Assembly: GCA_964609745.1 (NCBI GenBank)
Contig: CAZSTU010000002.1
Coordinates: 1 to 27,436, forward strand
Direction of reading: 5' to 3'
Source: an uncultured Halanaerobiaceae bacterium
GTDB taxonomy: Bacteria > Bacillota > Halanaerobiia > Halanaerobiales > DATFIM01
DNA length: 27,436 nucleotides
The translations under genes were made by a program, and so were the position numbers. How positions within the stretch are numbered: position 1 is the stretch's first letter; the number at the start of each line of letters is the position of its first letter. Below are positions 16,916-25,904 of the stretch, piece by piece. The notes beneath the pieces were generated by a model. It saw only the letters and a list, made by a program, of their open reading frames with translations, ran no database searches and was not told where the DNA came from.

Positions 16916-18412
16916 TTACTCAAATTTCACTCCTTCAACATATTTATTAAACTTTATATTACCAGCTTTTCCACTCGTGATTTTCTTACCCTCAATATAT
17001 AAATTCTTTATAAGAAGATCTTTAACTTTATAAATATCTCTATGACCAGTTATTTGGGAAGGATACATCACATCAACTACAATATCTTTAAAACAAAGAT
17101 TATTAATCTTACATTCACCAGGACAGGGACGCCACGTCTTTTCTGGAATATTAATTTCAATAATTAATGGTTTTTCTATACCAGGTCCATCATTAAGTTG
17201 CTCAATTCTAATATTTTTAAAAACAACATTATCAATCTCTGCATAATCAAATCCAGCTATTACCATTCCTCTTCTAGCACAAACAACATCAATATCTGAA
17301 AACTCAATATCTTTAATTTGTCGGACAACTGTTTCTGTACCTATTTTCAACGCTGCACAACTTGAAATACATACATTATTATTTATTACTATATCCTCCA
17401 CATTCTGACCATTTTCCTGATCGGTCCCCTTAATTACTAAACAATCATCACCACAATAAAGAAATGAATCTTCTATCACTATATTTCTTGAACAGTCACA
17501 ATCAATACCATCTGTATTACTCCAATTTACAAAAGGAATATTGTTAATTACTTTTACGTTTTTCACTGATACATTTTCTGACTTAAATATATGAGTATTC
17601 CAATTTGCAGGATCTCTTAGAAAAATCCCCTCTATACTTATTTCTTTGGAACCAATTATTTTTAATAAATTAGCAGATATACCCTGGTATTTTATTGATT
17701 TTCCGTTTCCATCAATAGTGCCTAGACCTTTTATAGAAATATTTTTTGCATTATAGGAATAAAACAGTGAATTTTTATTCTGTAGGCTATTATCAGCTGT
17801 TAATTCAAATAAATCAGGATAATCGTTAGGATAATCAGAACCACAGATAATAGCATCTTCAGCCAGATAGAGTTTTATATTACTTTTTAATTCAATTGTT
17901 CCTGTACAATAAATCCCGCTGGGGAAATATAATGTATCATATTTATCACTGGAAGATACCTGATTAATAGCCTGTTGAATAATCATAGTCTCAACTTTTT
18001 CACCAGTATTATCAATCCCATAATCCATAATATTTTTAGCTTTAACAATTTCTTTTTCTATTTCAGTCATCCTAATAGGATCAGCAAAGATGAATAGATA
18101 TTCCATTGTATTTATCTTTAAAACATAACTACCTGGTTCAGTTAATTTAAATTTAATTTTCTCCCCATCACATTCTGATTTTATTTCCTGACTTTTAGGG
18201 CTCAGTGTATATGACTTTATTTCTCTATCAGCGGAAACTTCAAGTTGTGCAGTTCCTGCAAAAGCAAAACGAACATAATGAACAGGGATGTCATATTTTG
18301 CCATCTCTTCAACAAAAATTTCCTGTTTATTTACAGACACATTATAATAATGACTTCTTATTGATAACTGATTTTCATGATATATCGCTAATTTCTTTTC
18401 AATATTCATCAT
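16916..18412 (-). CDS. GH28 polygalacturonase-family (pectin-lyase fold) protein with extra N-terminal region
   Basis: IQQAINQVS..LYFPSGIY, NTDGID, GDDCLVIK motifs; SD AAAGGTGG. Confidence 0.88.
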   Translation of the reverse strand: MMNIEKKLAIYHENQLSIRSHYYNVSVNKQEIFVEEMAKYDIPVHYVRFAFAGTAQLEVSADREIKSYTLSPKSQEIKSECDGEKIKFKLTEPGSYVLKINTMEYLFIFADPIRMTEIEKEIVKAKNIMDYGIDNTGEKVETMIIQQAINQVSSSDKYDTLYFPSGIYCTGTIELKSNIKLYLAEDAIICGSDYPNDYPDLFELTADNSLQNKNSLFYSYNAKNISIKGLGTIDGNGKSIKYQGISANLLKIIGSKEISIEGIFLRDPANWNTHIFKSENVSVKNVKVINNIPFVNWSNTDGIDCDCSRNIVIEDSFLYCGDDCLVIKGTDQENGQNVEDIVINNNVCISSCAALKIGTETVVRQIKDIEFSDIDVVCARRGMVIAGFDYAEIDNVVFKNIRIEQLNDGPGIEKPLIIEINIPEKTWRPCPGECKINNLCFKDIVVDVMYPSQITGHRDIYKVKDLLIKNLYIEGKKITSGKAGNIKFNKYVEGVKFE

Positions 18413-18449
18413 ATTTAATATTTACCACCTTTAATGTAATCTATCAAAT

Positions 18450-18736
18450 TAATTCATGAACTCTATACCCTTAACTATCTACCGTATCGATATTATCTCA
18501 TCATGTTCTTACCCAGATCGGACTCCCCCATGCAGTTTCACCATCTTTTAGAACAATTCTTGGATAGTAATAGTCTGTTCCACTTTTAGATGCTTCATTA
18601 TCTACCCATTCCCATTGCCATGGGCACCAATATAAAAATTCCACCCTCTGCATCAAATACTTTTGTTGGAGTGGTTTCCCATTCAGCATACTCTCCCTAA
18701 TGTTGACGAACAGTCCAGTCATTTATCGCATTCACA
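18450..18736 (-). pseudogene. Internally deleted paralog of the DUF3604 gene
   Basis: 18605-18736 matches 6906-7037 (12 mismatches in 132); 18501-18617 matches 5435-5551; junction is the 13-mer CCCATTCCCATTG; nonsense CAT TAG where the intact gene has CAT GAG. Confidence 0.95.
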
Positions 18737-18839
18737 ATTATTATAATTATAGTTATAGAAGACAAAGAGCATCGATGCTGCTAATTGTTTTAAATGAAAA
18801 TTCACTGATCAGTCATATTATAATCTCATATATTTTAGA

Positions 18840-18872
18840 AAAGCTGCAGTAGAGATAGTCTACTACAGCTTT
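18840..18872 (-). terminator. Terminator or mRNA-stabilising hairpin after the SBP gene
   Basis: 14-bp stem (one G-U on the minus strand), 5-nt loop, ends CAGCUUUUCU. Confidence 0.7.
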
Positions 18873-18919
18873 ATACACTTCTAATTTTATATACTTATAA
18901 TTTTATTTTCTAATTACTT

Positions 18920-20461
18920 TTATTCTTCGATATATCCCTGTTCTATAGCATAATCTCTATCAATATATCCCTGTTCTATAGCAAATTCAGCTTTTTGTCT
19001 TCTACGTTCTTTAATTATCGTATCTATTATATCTCCACCCTCACTTGCAAACTTTTCCAGATGTTCTTCAGGATCTACTACACCAGTAATTATAGCTGGC
19101 CAGTATTTATCTCTAAGAGCTGCAAAACGTGTTTCCTCATTTTTAATCGGCTCTTTATCCATATTAAATGTGCCATATGGATCTATTTTAACATTTTCAA
19201 TTTCTTGAGTTGATAATAAATACTCCTGTTGAAATTCAGGTAAAGTACTATCTATCCTAGCAGTTTCATAATTTTCCAACCATGCCCAGGCACGATAGTC
19301 AAAGTTTTTAAGTGGCTTGTAAAATCCCGGATCGGTTTTTTCCCAGTGTTCACCTTCAATACCGTAAACAAGAAGATCATAATTTTCCTGCTTATTTGCC
19401 CAGTTTAAAAACTGCATTGCCTCAACCTTATTTTCTCCTGATATAGGCATATAGATTTGATTATCAGTACCATGCTGACCTCTTAAATAGGAATGTAATG
19501 AAACTAATTCCCATTCAGCATTAGGATCAGTACTTTTTAGAGCTTCCTGATAAGACATTGGTACAGTACTGTTTGATTGAAAGGATATCGCAACATTACC
19601 TGAATTTTGATAAGAATTAAGATCATCAATAGCTAGAATATCAGAATGAATTAAACCATCTTGATACCACCTTCTCATTCTTTTCAACCAGGATAAAAGT
19701 GGTTCCCCAGGTTCTGTAGCAATTCCCCTTTCATCCAGAGCCTCTACTGGATCGTTAGGATCTCCTGCAATCCAGAATAAACCAGAAGCATGGTCAAAGA
19801 TGAATTTGGGCGTACGTTCATCTTCTGTTAACTTCATTTGACCTACATGCAATCCAAATCTATCTACATTTGGAGCTATCATAGGTACTAGCTCTGGTTT
19901 TTCGTCACGGACAGCATAAGCAAAGTCCTCAAGTTCTTCAAGCGTTGTAATTGGTTCAAATCCCAATTCTTCTCTTATATCTTTTCTAACCAATGTATTA
20001 ACTACGTCACCGTAACTCTTTTTATTAGGAATTCCAATTAGCTTTCTTTCACCATCAACTTTAAATTTACCAGATTCAAAATCCTCAGGTTCTCTATAAT
20101 CATAAACTCTTTCTCCATGCTCTTCTAATAAATCTTCTAGAGGATAGTAATACCCTGCATTTATTTTTTGATCTCTACCATGCCAAGGTGCATCATGAAT
20201 TAAATCAATGGGCTCACCTGTAGCCAGTTGTACTAAAGTCTTATCTTTGTAGTCTGAATAAGGTATAAATTTAACATCAATCTGAAAATCATACCCATCA
20301 TTTTCCAATCTTTCATTGGCAATATCCTGAACCTGATCCCAATCGTCAGCCGGTTCTGGCCCGGGTAAAACAATATTTACAGTTTGAGCCTGAACAGCAG
20401 TTCCCATCATTAGTACTAAAATCATTGAACCAACCAACATCATTAAAGTTTTTCTTTTCAT
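18920..20461 (-). CDS. ABC transporter solute-binding protein, LplA/DUF3502-type
   Basis: Signal peptide ending AVQA, FLNWAN..YDLLVYGIEGEHW, C-terminal GVVDPEEHLEK..IIKE; follows two permeases; SD GGAGGT. Confidence 0.92.
   Translation of the reverse strand: MKRKTLMMLVGSMILVLMMGTAVQAQTVNIVLPGPEPADDWDQVQDIANERLENDGYDFQIDVKFIPYSDYKDKTLVQLATGEPIDLIHDAPWHGRDQKINAGYYYPLEDLLEEHGERVYDYREPEDFESGKFKVDGERKLIGIPNKKSYGDVVNTLVRKDIREELGFEPITTLEELEDFAYAVRDEKPELVPMIAPNVDRFGLHVGQMKLTEDERTPKFIFDHASGLFWIAGDPNDPVEALDERGIATEPGEPLLSWLKRMRRWYQDGLIHSDILAIDDLNSYQNSGNVAISFQSNSTVPMSYQEALKSTDPNAEWELVSLHSYLRGQHGTDNQIYMPISGENKVEAMQFLNWANKQENYDLLVYGIEGEHWEKTDPGFYKPLKNFDYRAWAWLENYETARIDSTLPEFQQEYLLSTQEIENVKIDPYGTFNMDKEPIKNEETRFAALRDKYWPAIITGVVDPEEHLEKFASEGGDIIDTIIKERRRQKAEFAIEQGYIDRDYAIEQGYIEE
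18930..18983. repeat. 21-bp direct repeat (33-bp period) in the SBP C-terminus
   Basis: ATATATCCCTGTTCTATAGCA at 18930-18950 and 18963-18983; encodes AIEQGYI twice. Confidence 0.95.
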
Positions 20462-20550
20462 AAGATTACCTCCCTGTATTTTATGTGCTAACTGACAAGT
20501 TTCTTTTATTTCACTTTTTAACTTATAAACATTGCCAGAAAAAACCTAAA

Positions 20551-21501
20551 CTAACCCTTAATAGCGCCAATAGTAATTCCCTTTACAAAGAATTTTTGTA
20601 CGAAAGGATAAGCCAGAAATATAGGACCTATCGTTAAAATAACGGTAGCAAATCGGACCGTATTACTTGGTAAAACCTGGTCTAGTTGGACTGCATATTC
20701 GGAAGCCATAATATTTGAAACATTAATATTTGATATCATCTGTCTTAGTAATAATTGCAATGGTAGCAACTTGCTGTTATCAATGAATAAAAGTGCCTCA
20801 AACCATGAATTCCAATAACCAAGTCCAATAAACAATGATATCGTTGCAATAATAGGTTTAGAAATTGGTAAAATTATAAAACGAAATACCTGTAATTCAC
20901 TAGCACCTTCTAATCGTGCTGATTCATTTAATTCATATGGTAAACCTCTGAAAAAAGCAACCAGCAAAAAACACATGAAAGGATCGAATATTCGCGGCAA
21001 TATCATAGCCAGTATATTATTTCTTAGACCCAACCACTGTGCTACTAACATATAAAATCCTACTATACCTGCTCCAAATACCATAGTAAAATACGTTACA
21101 AACGAGATGACATATTTATACTTAACTCTGGGATGATATAAAACATAAGCAAAAGGAGCATTTACAAAGACCCCCAATAATGTACCTATAGCTGTAACAC
21201 TTATAGTTACAGCATAACTGTAGTAAATTTGGTTCCCCTGCAATATATATTTATATGCATCCAGACTGAAACCACTAGGTATAATTCTAAGACCCTCTCT
21301 TGCTAGTTTCATCTCTGGAGTAAAAGAAGCTAAAACTGTAACCCAGAAAGGTAGAAAACAAGCAATTGCAAATAATGCTACAAATATTTTTATAAATAGA
21401 TGAAATAATTTTTCTCCAATAGTACTATCATTTCTTATTCTGTTATCATTCTTTTTGAGGATTTCAATAGACTCAATTTTTTTCTTTATCCATAAAAACA
21501 T
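20551..21501 (-). CDS. Carbohydrate ABC permease, LplC-type
   Basis: ELNESARLEGASE EAA loop, YWNSWF, LLPLQ, FFVKGITIGAIKG; ATG 21501 with SD AAGGGAG. Confidence 0.92.
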   Translation of the reverse strand: MFLWIKKKIESIEILKKNDNRIRNDSTIGEKLFHLFIKIFVALFAIACFLPFWVTVLASFTPEMKLAREGLRIIPSGFSLDAYKYILQGNQIYYSYAVTISVTAIGTLLGVFVNAPFAYVLYHPRVKYKYVISFVTYFTMVFGAGIVGFYMLVAQWLGLRNNILAMILPRIFDPFMCFLLVAFFRGLPYELNESARLEGASELQVFRFIILPISKPIIATISLFIGLGYWNSWFEALLFIDNSKLLPLQLLLRQMISNINVSNIMASEYAVQLDQVLPSNTVRFATVILTIGPIFLAYPFVQKFFVKGITIGAIKG

Positions 21502-21516
21502 AAGTATCACTCCCTT

Positions 21517-22428
21517 TTAGAATAAACTGGATTCTTTATCTATTTTTTTCACGATCCAATTAAATATTAAAATTGTAATAACACCCATAGTTGATTGATA
21601 AAGCACGATAACTGAACTCATACTAAAATCACCCATTTGCCTCAGAGCACGATAAGCATATGTGTCAATTATATCTGTATACTCGTACAAAATACCATTA
21701 TCACCTATTATTGCATATATCATTCCAAAATCTCCATTAAAAATACGTCCAAGCGCTAATAATGCTAGTATTATAGCTGTTGGTCTAACAAGAGGTAAAG
21801 TAATATATAATATTTGTTGAAAGCGGTTTGCTCCATCAATCATAGCACTTTCATAAACATTCGAAGGAAGTCCCGTTATTGCAGCTAAAAATATAATAGA
21901 ATTATAACCAGCACCTTTCCAGATTCGAATAAACGTTAATATAATAGGCCATGGTTCTGGATTCATATACCATTTTACTTTATCCAACCCAATAGTTGTT
22001 AAAAAATTATTAATTAAACCTGAAGTGGAAAAAAATCCATACACCATAATACTTACAACCATCCAGGAAATAAAATGTGGTAAAAAAATTACTGATTGAC
22101 TAATTCTTTTATATAAATATATATTGATTTCATTTAAAAATATTGCCAACAAAAGCCCCATTGATAGACTTCCGAAAATAAATAATAAATTTAAGAAAAT
22201 TGTGTTTCTTGTGACTATTAAAAAATCTTTGCTTGTAAAAAAGAATTTAAAATTTTCAAAGCCTACCCACCTGCTTCCCCATACTCCATCACTTAATCTA
22301 TAATCTTTAAACGCTAATATATGCCCCTGTAAGGGTATATATCTAAAAACAATTAGAAATAAAAATCCTGGAATAGCTAACATATATAATCCTCTTTTAT
22401 CCCATAACTCCTTAAATATTTTTTTCAT
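21517..22428 (-). CDS. Carbohydrate ABC permease, LplB-type
   Basis: LAFKDY..WVGFENFKFFF, FLPHFISW, VYESAMIDGANRFQQI, IIDTYAYR; SD AGGGGGAG. Confidence 0.93.
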   Translation of the reverse strand: MKKIFKELWDKRGLYMLAIPGFLFLIVFRYIPLQGHILAFKDYRLSDGVWGSRWVGFENFKFFFTSKDFLIVTRNTIFLNLLFIFGSLSMGLLLAIFLNEINIYLYKRISQSVIFLPHFISWMVVSIMVYGFFSTSGLINNFLTTIGLDKVKWYMNPEPWPIILTFIRIWKGAGYNSIIFLAAITGLPSNVYESAMIDGANRFQQILYITLPLVRPTAIILALLALGRIFNGDFGMIYAIIGDNGILYEYTDIIDTYAYRALRQMGDFSMSSVIVLYQSTMGVITILIFNWIVKKIDKESSLF

Positions 22429-22464
22429 AAGTCTCCCCCTTAATTCATATAAGTTATGTCAAAA

Positions 22465-22753
22465 ATCTTTTATTCTTGAATGAAGTAAACAAAAAAGCAT
22501 CTTGAAATTAATCTTTCTCCTAAGCAACTTTACCAGATTAACATAATTATATATATAACAAAAACCAAGAGTAAAGTCCTCAAACCAAGAATAAAGTCCT
22601 CATTTTATAAACCATGTCCAAAATCAGCTTTTAACAGATAGTACTGATTTTAATAACACAGTATTCTTATCCGTTTATTCTTCTCATTAATACAATAATA
22701 ACAAGCTAATTATTAGATGTTAGCCTTTCTTTTAATACTTTTAATAACTCTTT
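22465..22753. repeat. Donor copy of the 290-bp repeat; intergenic region upstream of the ABC operon
   Basis: Matches 7551-7840 except for one T indel. Confidence 0.97.
22546..22601 (-). promoter_or_regulatory. Putative ABC operon promoter with tandem 20-bp activator sites
   Basis: Repeats at 22562-22581 and 22582-22601 (19/20 identical); -10 TATAAT at 22546-22551; poor -35 (TTACTC) lies inside the proximal repeat. Confidence 0.7.
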
Positions 22754-22755
22754 TT

Positions 22756-24717
22756 TTATTTTTCATCTATATGAGGAAATATAGTAATTCTAAGTTGCGT
22801 ACAACAATAAGGAACAAGAGTTATAGTTTCTTTAGTGCCTTTAACAAAATCCAAAACCTCATTATCTGGAAGTTGAGGAGTTAAAAGAAAATCTCCCTCT
22901 ATTTCAAAAGTTTTCAATCCTGTTTCATTATTTCTATCAGACTTTATCAGGTTTGTTCTCTCTATATCCCATTCCTTGATTTTTTTTGCTTTAACCTTAA
23001 GCATAATAGGCACTGTCTTTATATTCCAGGGCTCAATCTTTTCCTCAAATTCCATAATCTCCACTTCCTGTAAATCGCCCTCTTCAAGACACAAAGCATA
23101 ATTCCAGTCACTAGCAGGATATAAATTCCAAGCTGGAAAATCCTCCGTACAGCGTTCTTCTTCTCTATCAATCTGCCAGTCCTCATCGATTTTTAAAGAA
23201 TATACCAGCGGACCTCTTTCTATTCCTATTCCATTTTGCGGCCAATGGCTTAATTTTATTTCCATAGATAAAACAAGAGTAATACAATCTCCATCTTTAA
23301 ATAATTTTTTAATACAGATAAAACCACGATTATTTATTGGGGCTTTCTCCTCCTTTCCATTAATAATAAGTTCCCATTCATTACACCAACCCGGTACCCT
23401 CAGGGATAAAGGAAATCTTACTGCTTGATCTGTTTCTATTTTAAAATCTATTTGATTAGAAAATGGATAATTGGTTTTCTGAACAATAGTTATTTCTTGA
23501 TTTCCCTTACCCACAGCTGCGCTTACTTTAGATGGACCATAAAGACATGCTGTTAAGCCTTTATTTTTATCTTTCATCCACATTCTTGACACATAATTGG
23601 GCATTATTCTGTTAACATTACCTGTACAGCATTCTGTTCCTGGATTGGGGCGATATGACATCCATTTGCTTCCCTTATAAAATTTATTATGATTGGAACT
23701 TTTATCTGACACAACTTGATTGGGACATGAAAAGTATTGTAAAGCTTTAAAATCAGCTGTTACTGCACCTGGAGCCGCATTGAAGCATGCTTTTTCAATC
23801 TTATCAGCATATTCACTTTCACCTGTTGCCATCAGAAGATAACCAAGGCTCCATGTATAATCAGCTATGTCACATGTTTCATGACTATCAAGTGGATCCT
23901 TCCCTCTTAAATGTTCACTGGAGCTGCAAACGCCATCTATCAGCATTTGATCCCTGTCTAACTTTTTATAAGCATTTATAGTTGCCTGTAAATATTTTTC
24001 ATTTCCAGTATAAATATATATAATTGCGCCTAATTTTGCTATTTCATTAAAAGTCACCCCATGTTCTGTACATCTTTTATCTGATAACATACTTTTTATA
24101 GACGTATCATTATTGCTATATTTATGGTTAAAACCCTCATATGCCTCAATAGCATGTTTCAAAAGCCTATAATCACCTGTTCGTTCATATAGCCATAAAA
24201 TCACTTCCACATTACAAACCTCTCTCATTTCCATGTGAGGTGAGGTCTCAGAAAGATAATGGTCTTTTAAGGAAGTTAAAACTCTTTTATCCCCTGTAGC
24301 GGAATAATAAGCCATTACTGCTCTGAAGAAAACAGTATGGACCCAGCGATTCCAATTAACAGCTTTTTTTAAAAAGTCTGGTCCTAAATAACCCTCTGCA
24401 TCAGGATTATCTAATACATAACTAATATCATTTACTGCCTTTTCGATTAAATAATCATCATTCAACAAATATCCACAGCGAACCATACCATCTATCCAGT
24501 AACCTAATTGTTCATATGGCCACCATTCCTCTGTCAGTGGAGCATCATAATCAATATCTGTTCCAGCATCACCCCATCTTACCCGATCAAAAGGTGAACC
24601 TGCAACTTCTAGATTTCCTGTAAGACCTTTACTCTGTTTTTTAAGATATTGTTTTAGCCATCCAAGTGGTTTTATAGCTGATAAATCTAGTTCACTTATT
24701 TTGGAGTAATTCTCCAT
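22756..24717 (-). CDS. GH127 (DUF1680) beta-L-arabinofuranosidase-like glycoside hydrolase
   Basis: IKPLGWL, HGV, SSEH, ETC and ECCTGN (Glu-x-Cys plus Cys-Cys Zn ligands), TNYPF, LRVPGW, RGPLVY; SD AAGGAGG. Confidence 0.9.
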   Translation of the reverse strand: MENYSKISELDLSAIKPLGWLKQYLKKQSKGLTGNLEVAGSPFDRVRWGDAGTDIDYDAPLTEEWWPYEQLGYWIDGMVRCGYLLNDDYLIEKAVNDISYVLDNPDAEGYLGPDFLKKAVNWNRWVHTVFFRAVMAYYSATGDKRVLTSLKDHYLSETSPHMEMREVCNVEVILWLYERTGDYRLLKHAIEAYEGFNHKYSNNDTSIKSMLSDKRCTEHGVTFNEIAKLGAIIYIYTGNEKYLQATINAYKKLDRDQMLIDGVCSSSEHLRGKDPLDSHETCDIADYTWSLGYLLMATGESEYADKIEKACFNAAPGAVTADFKALQYFSCPNQVVSDKSSNHNKFYKGSKWMSYRPNPGTECCTGNVNRIMPNYVSRMWMKDKNKGLTACLYGPSKVSAAVGKGNQEITIVQKTNYPFSNQIDFKIETDQAVRFPLSLRVPGWCNEWELIINGKEEKAPINNRGFICIKKLFKDGDCITLVLSMEIKLSHWPQNGIGIERGPLVYSLKIDEDWQIDREEERCTEDFPAWNLYPASDWNYALCLEEGDLQEVEIMEFEEKIEPWNIKTVPIMLKVKAKKIKEWDIERTNLIKSDRNNETGLKTFEIEGDFLLTPQLPDNEVLDFVKGTKETITLVPYCCTQLRITIFPHIDEK

Positions 24718-24779
24718 TTTATGTTTCCTCCTTCAAATTGTGTAAAAATATGTGTGTTAATTAATTAACTATTTATTCA

Positions 24780-25691
24780 TCAGGCAAGTTTATTAAATAA
24801 ATCAGCAAATATTTTATCACGGTGGGCATAAATTGCACATCGAATAAAATGTCGAGAATAATCATAACTCCAGGTATAACCATCATTTAATATCGGACTG
24901 TGGACAATATTGCTAGGTATCCAATCCGGGTTGATTAACCAGGCAATGGTGCTAATATCCCAAATAATCCTGGAACCAGCATCAAAATCTTTAGTTTCAT
25001 TACTTACCATATCCGTAAGATATGTACCAATTTTACTCTTTCCTTTTAGATAATACTCTAGTTCGGGAGCAGTTGTAATAAGATGAGAACTTACCCCCTT
25101 ACATGGAATATGAATCAGGGGCACCCCACAATCAAATAATAACCTAGATGCATGAATATCCTGAAAAAGATTAAAAGCTTTAGTATCTGGCCAGAAATGA
25201 GCATGTCCTCCCAACCAGACAACCACAATCTTACTGATTATATCTGGTTCCATCAATATAGCCGAAGCTACATTAGTAATTGCCCCGATGGATACTACAT
25301 ACAGAGGCTCATCTTCAGTTGCTGTCTTTGCTTTTTTAATCAGATTCCTGGCAGCTTTACTTTCCTGAGGTGTCTTCCCATCTTTAAGATACCCCCTTGA
25401 TCCTTTATAAACAAATCCTTTATTCGAAACATCGATCATATTTAAAATATTAATTATTTCTTGATAACTCTTTTCCATACCATCTTCCGGCCCACTAGAA
25501 CGACTATTATGAAACGGAGCAGCATAAATTGCTTCTACCTGCATCGCGTCTGGTGATTTAAGAGCATAAGCGAGGGCAAATTGATCATCAACCTCATTAT
25601 AAGTATCGGTATCCAGCACTATCCGGACTTTTTTCCCTGGATGTTTAAGTTTTTTTAAACGTTTCTGATTACTTATTTTAGAAAATGCCAT
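24780..25691 (-). CDS. Nucleoside hydrolase (IU-NH) fold protein
   Basis: VLDTDTYNEVDDQFAL, GAITNVASAILMEP, WLGG, FNL, IIWD; ATG 25691 with SD GGAGGAG preferred over 25772. Confidence 0.85.
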   Translation of the reverse strand: MAFSKISNQKRLKKLKHPGKKVRIVLDTDTYNEVDDQFALAYALKSPDAMQVEAIYAAPFHNSRSSGPEDGMEKSYQEIINILNMIDVSNKGFVYKGSRGYLKDGKTPQESKAARNLIKKAKTATEDEPLYVVSIGAITNVASAILMEPDIISKIVVVWLGGHAHFWPDTKAFNLFQDIHASRLLFDCGVPLIHIPCKGVSSHLITTAPELEYYLKGKSKIGTYLTDMVSNETKDFDAGSRIIWDISTIAWLINPDWIPSNIVHSPILNDGYTWSYDYSRHFIRCAIYAHRDKIFADLFNKLA

Positions 25692-25904
25692 TAAAATCTC
25701 CTCCATATAAATAATATAAGCACTGTAAAATCTTTTGATTTCTTTTCCGTCTGTTTGTTTCTTTATATTCAAATTAAGAGATGGTTAATTAATCATTTGA
25801 TAAACTTAATTGGTAATAAAAATTCAAATGCAACAAAATATTAAAAATCTATCTATTAACCAAATTTTTGCTTAAATTAAAGATAGGCTGAAATTAAAAT
25901 TATA

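Noticed and set aside
18501-18722. 73-aa ORF as a real small protein
   Set aside because: It is the deleted DUF3604 paralog; the first part is read out of frame relative to the parent gene.
18745-18830. Plus-strand peptide ..FTDQSYYNLIYF resembling an AraC HTH end
   Set aside because: Too short and broken to support.
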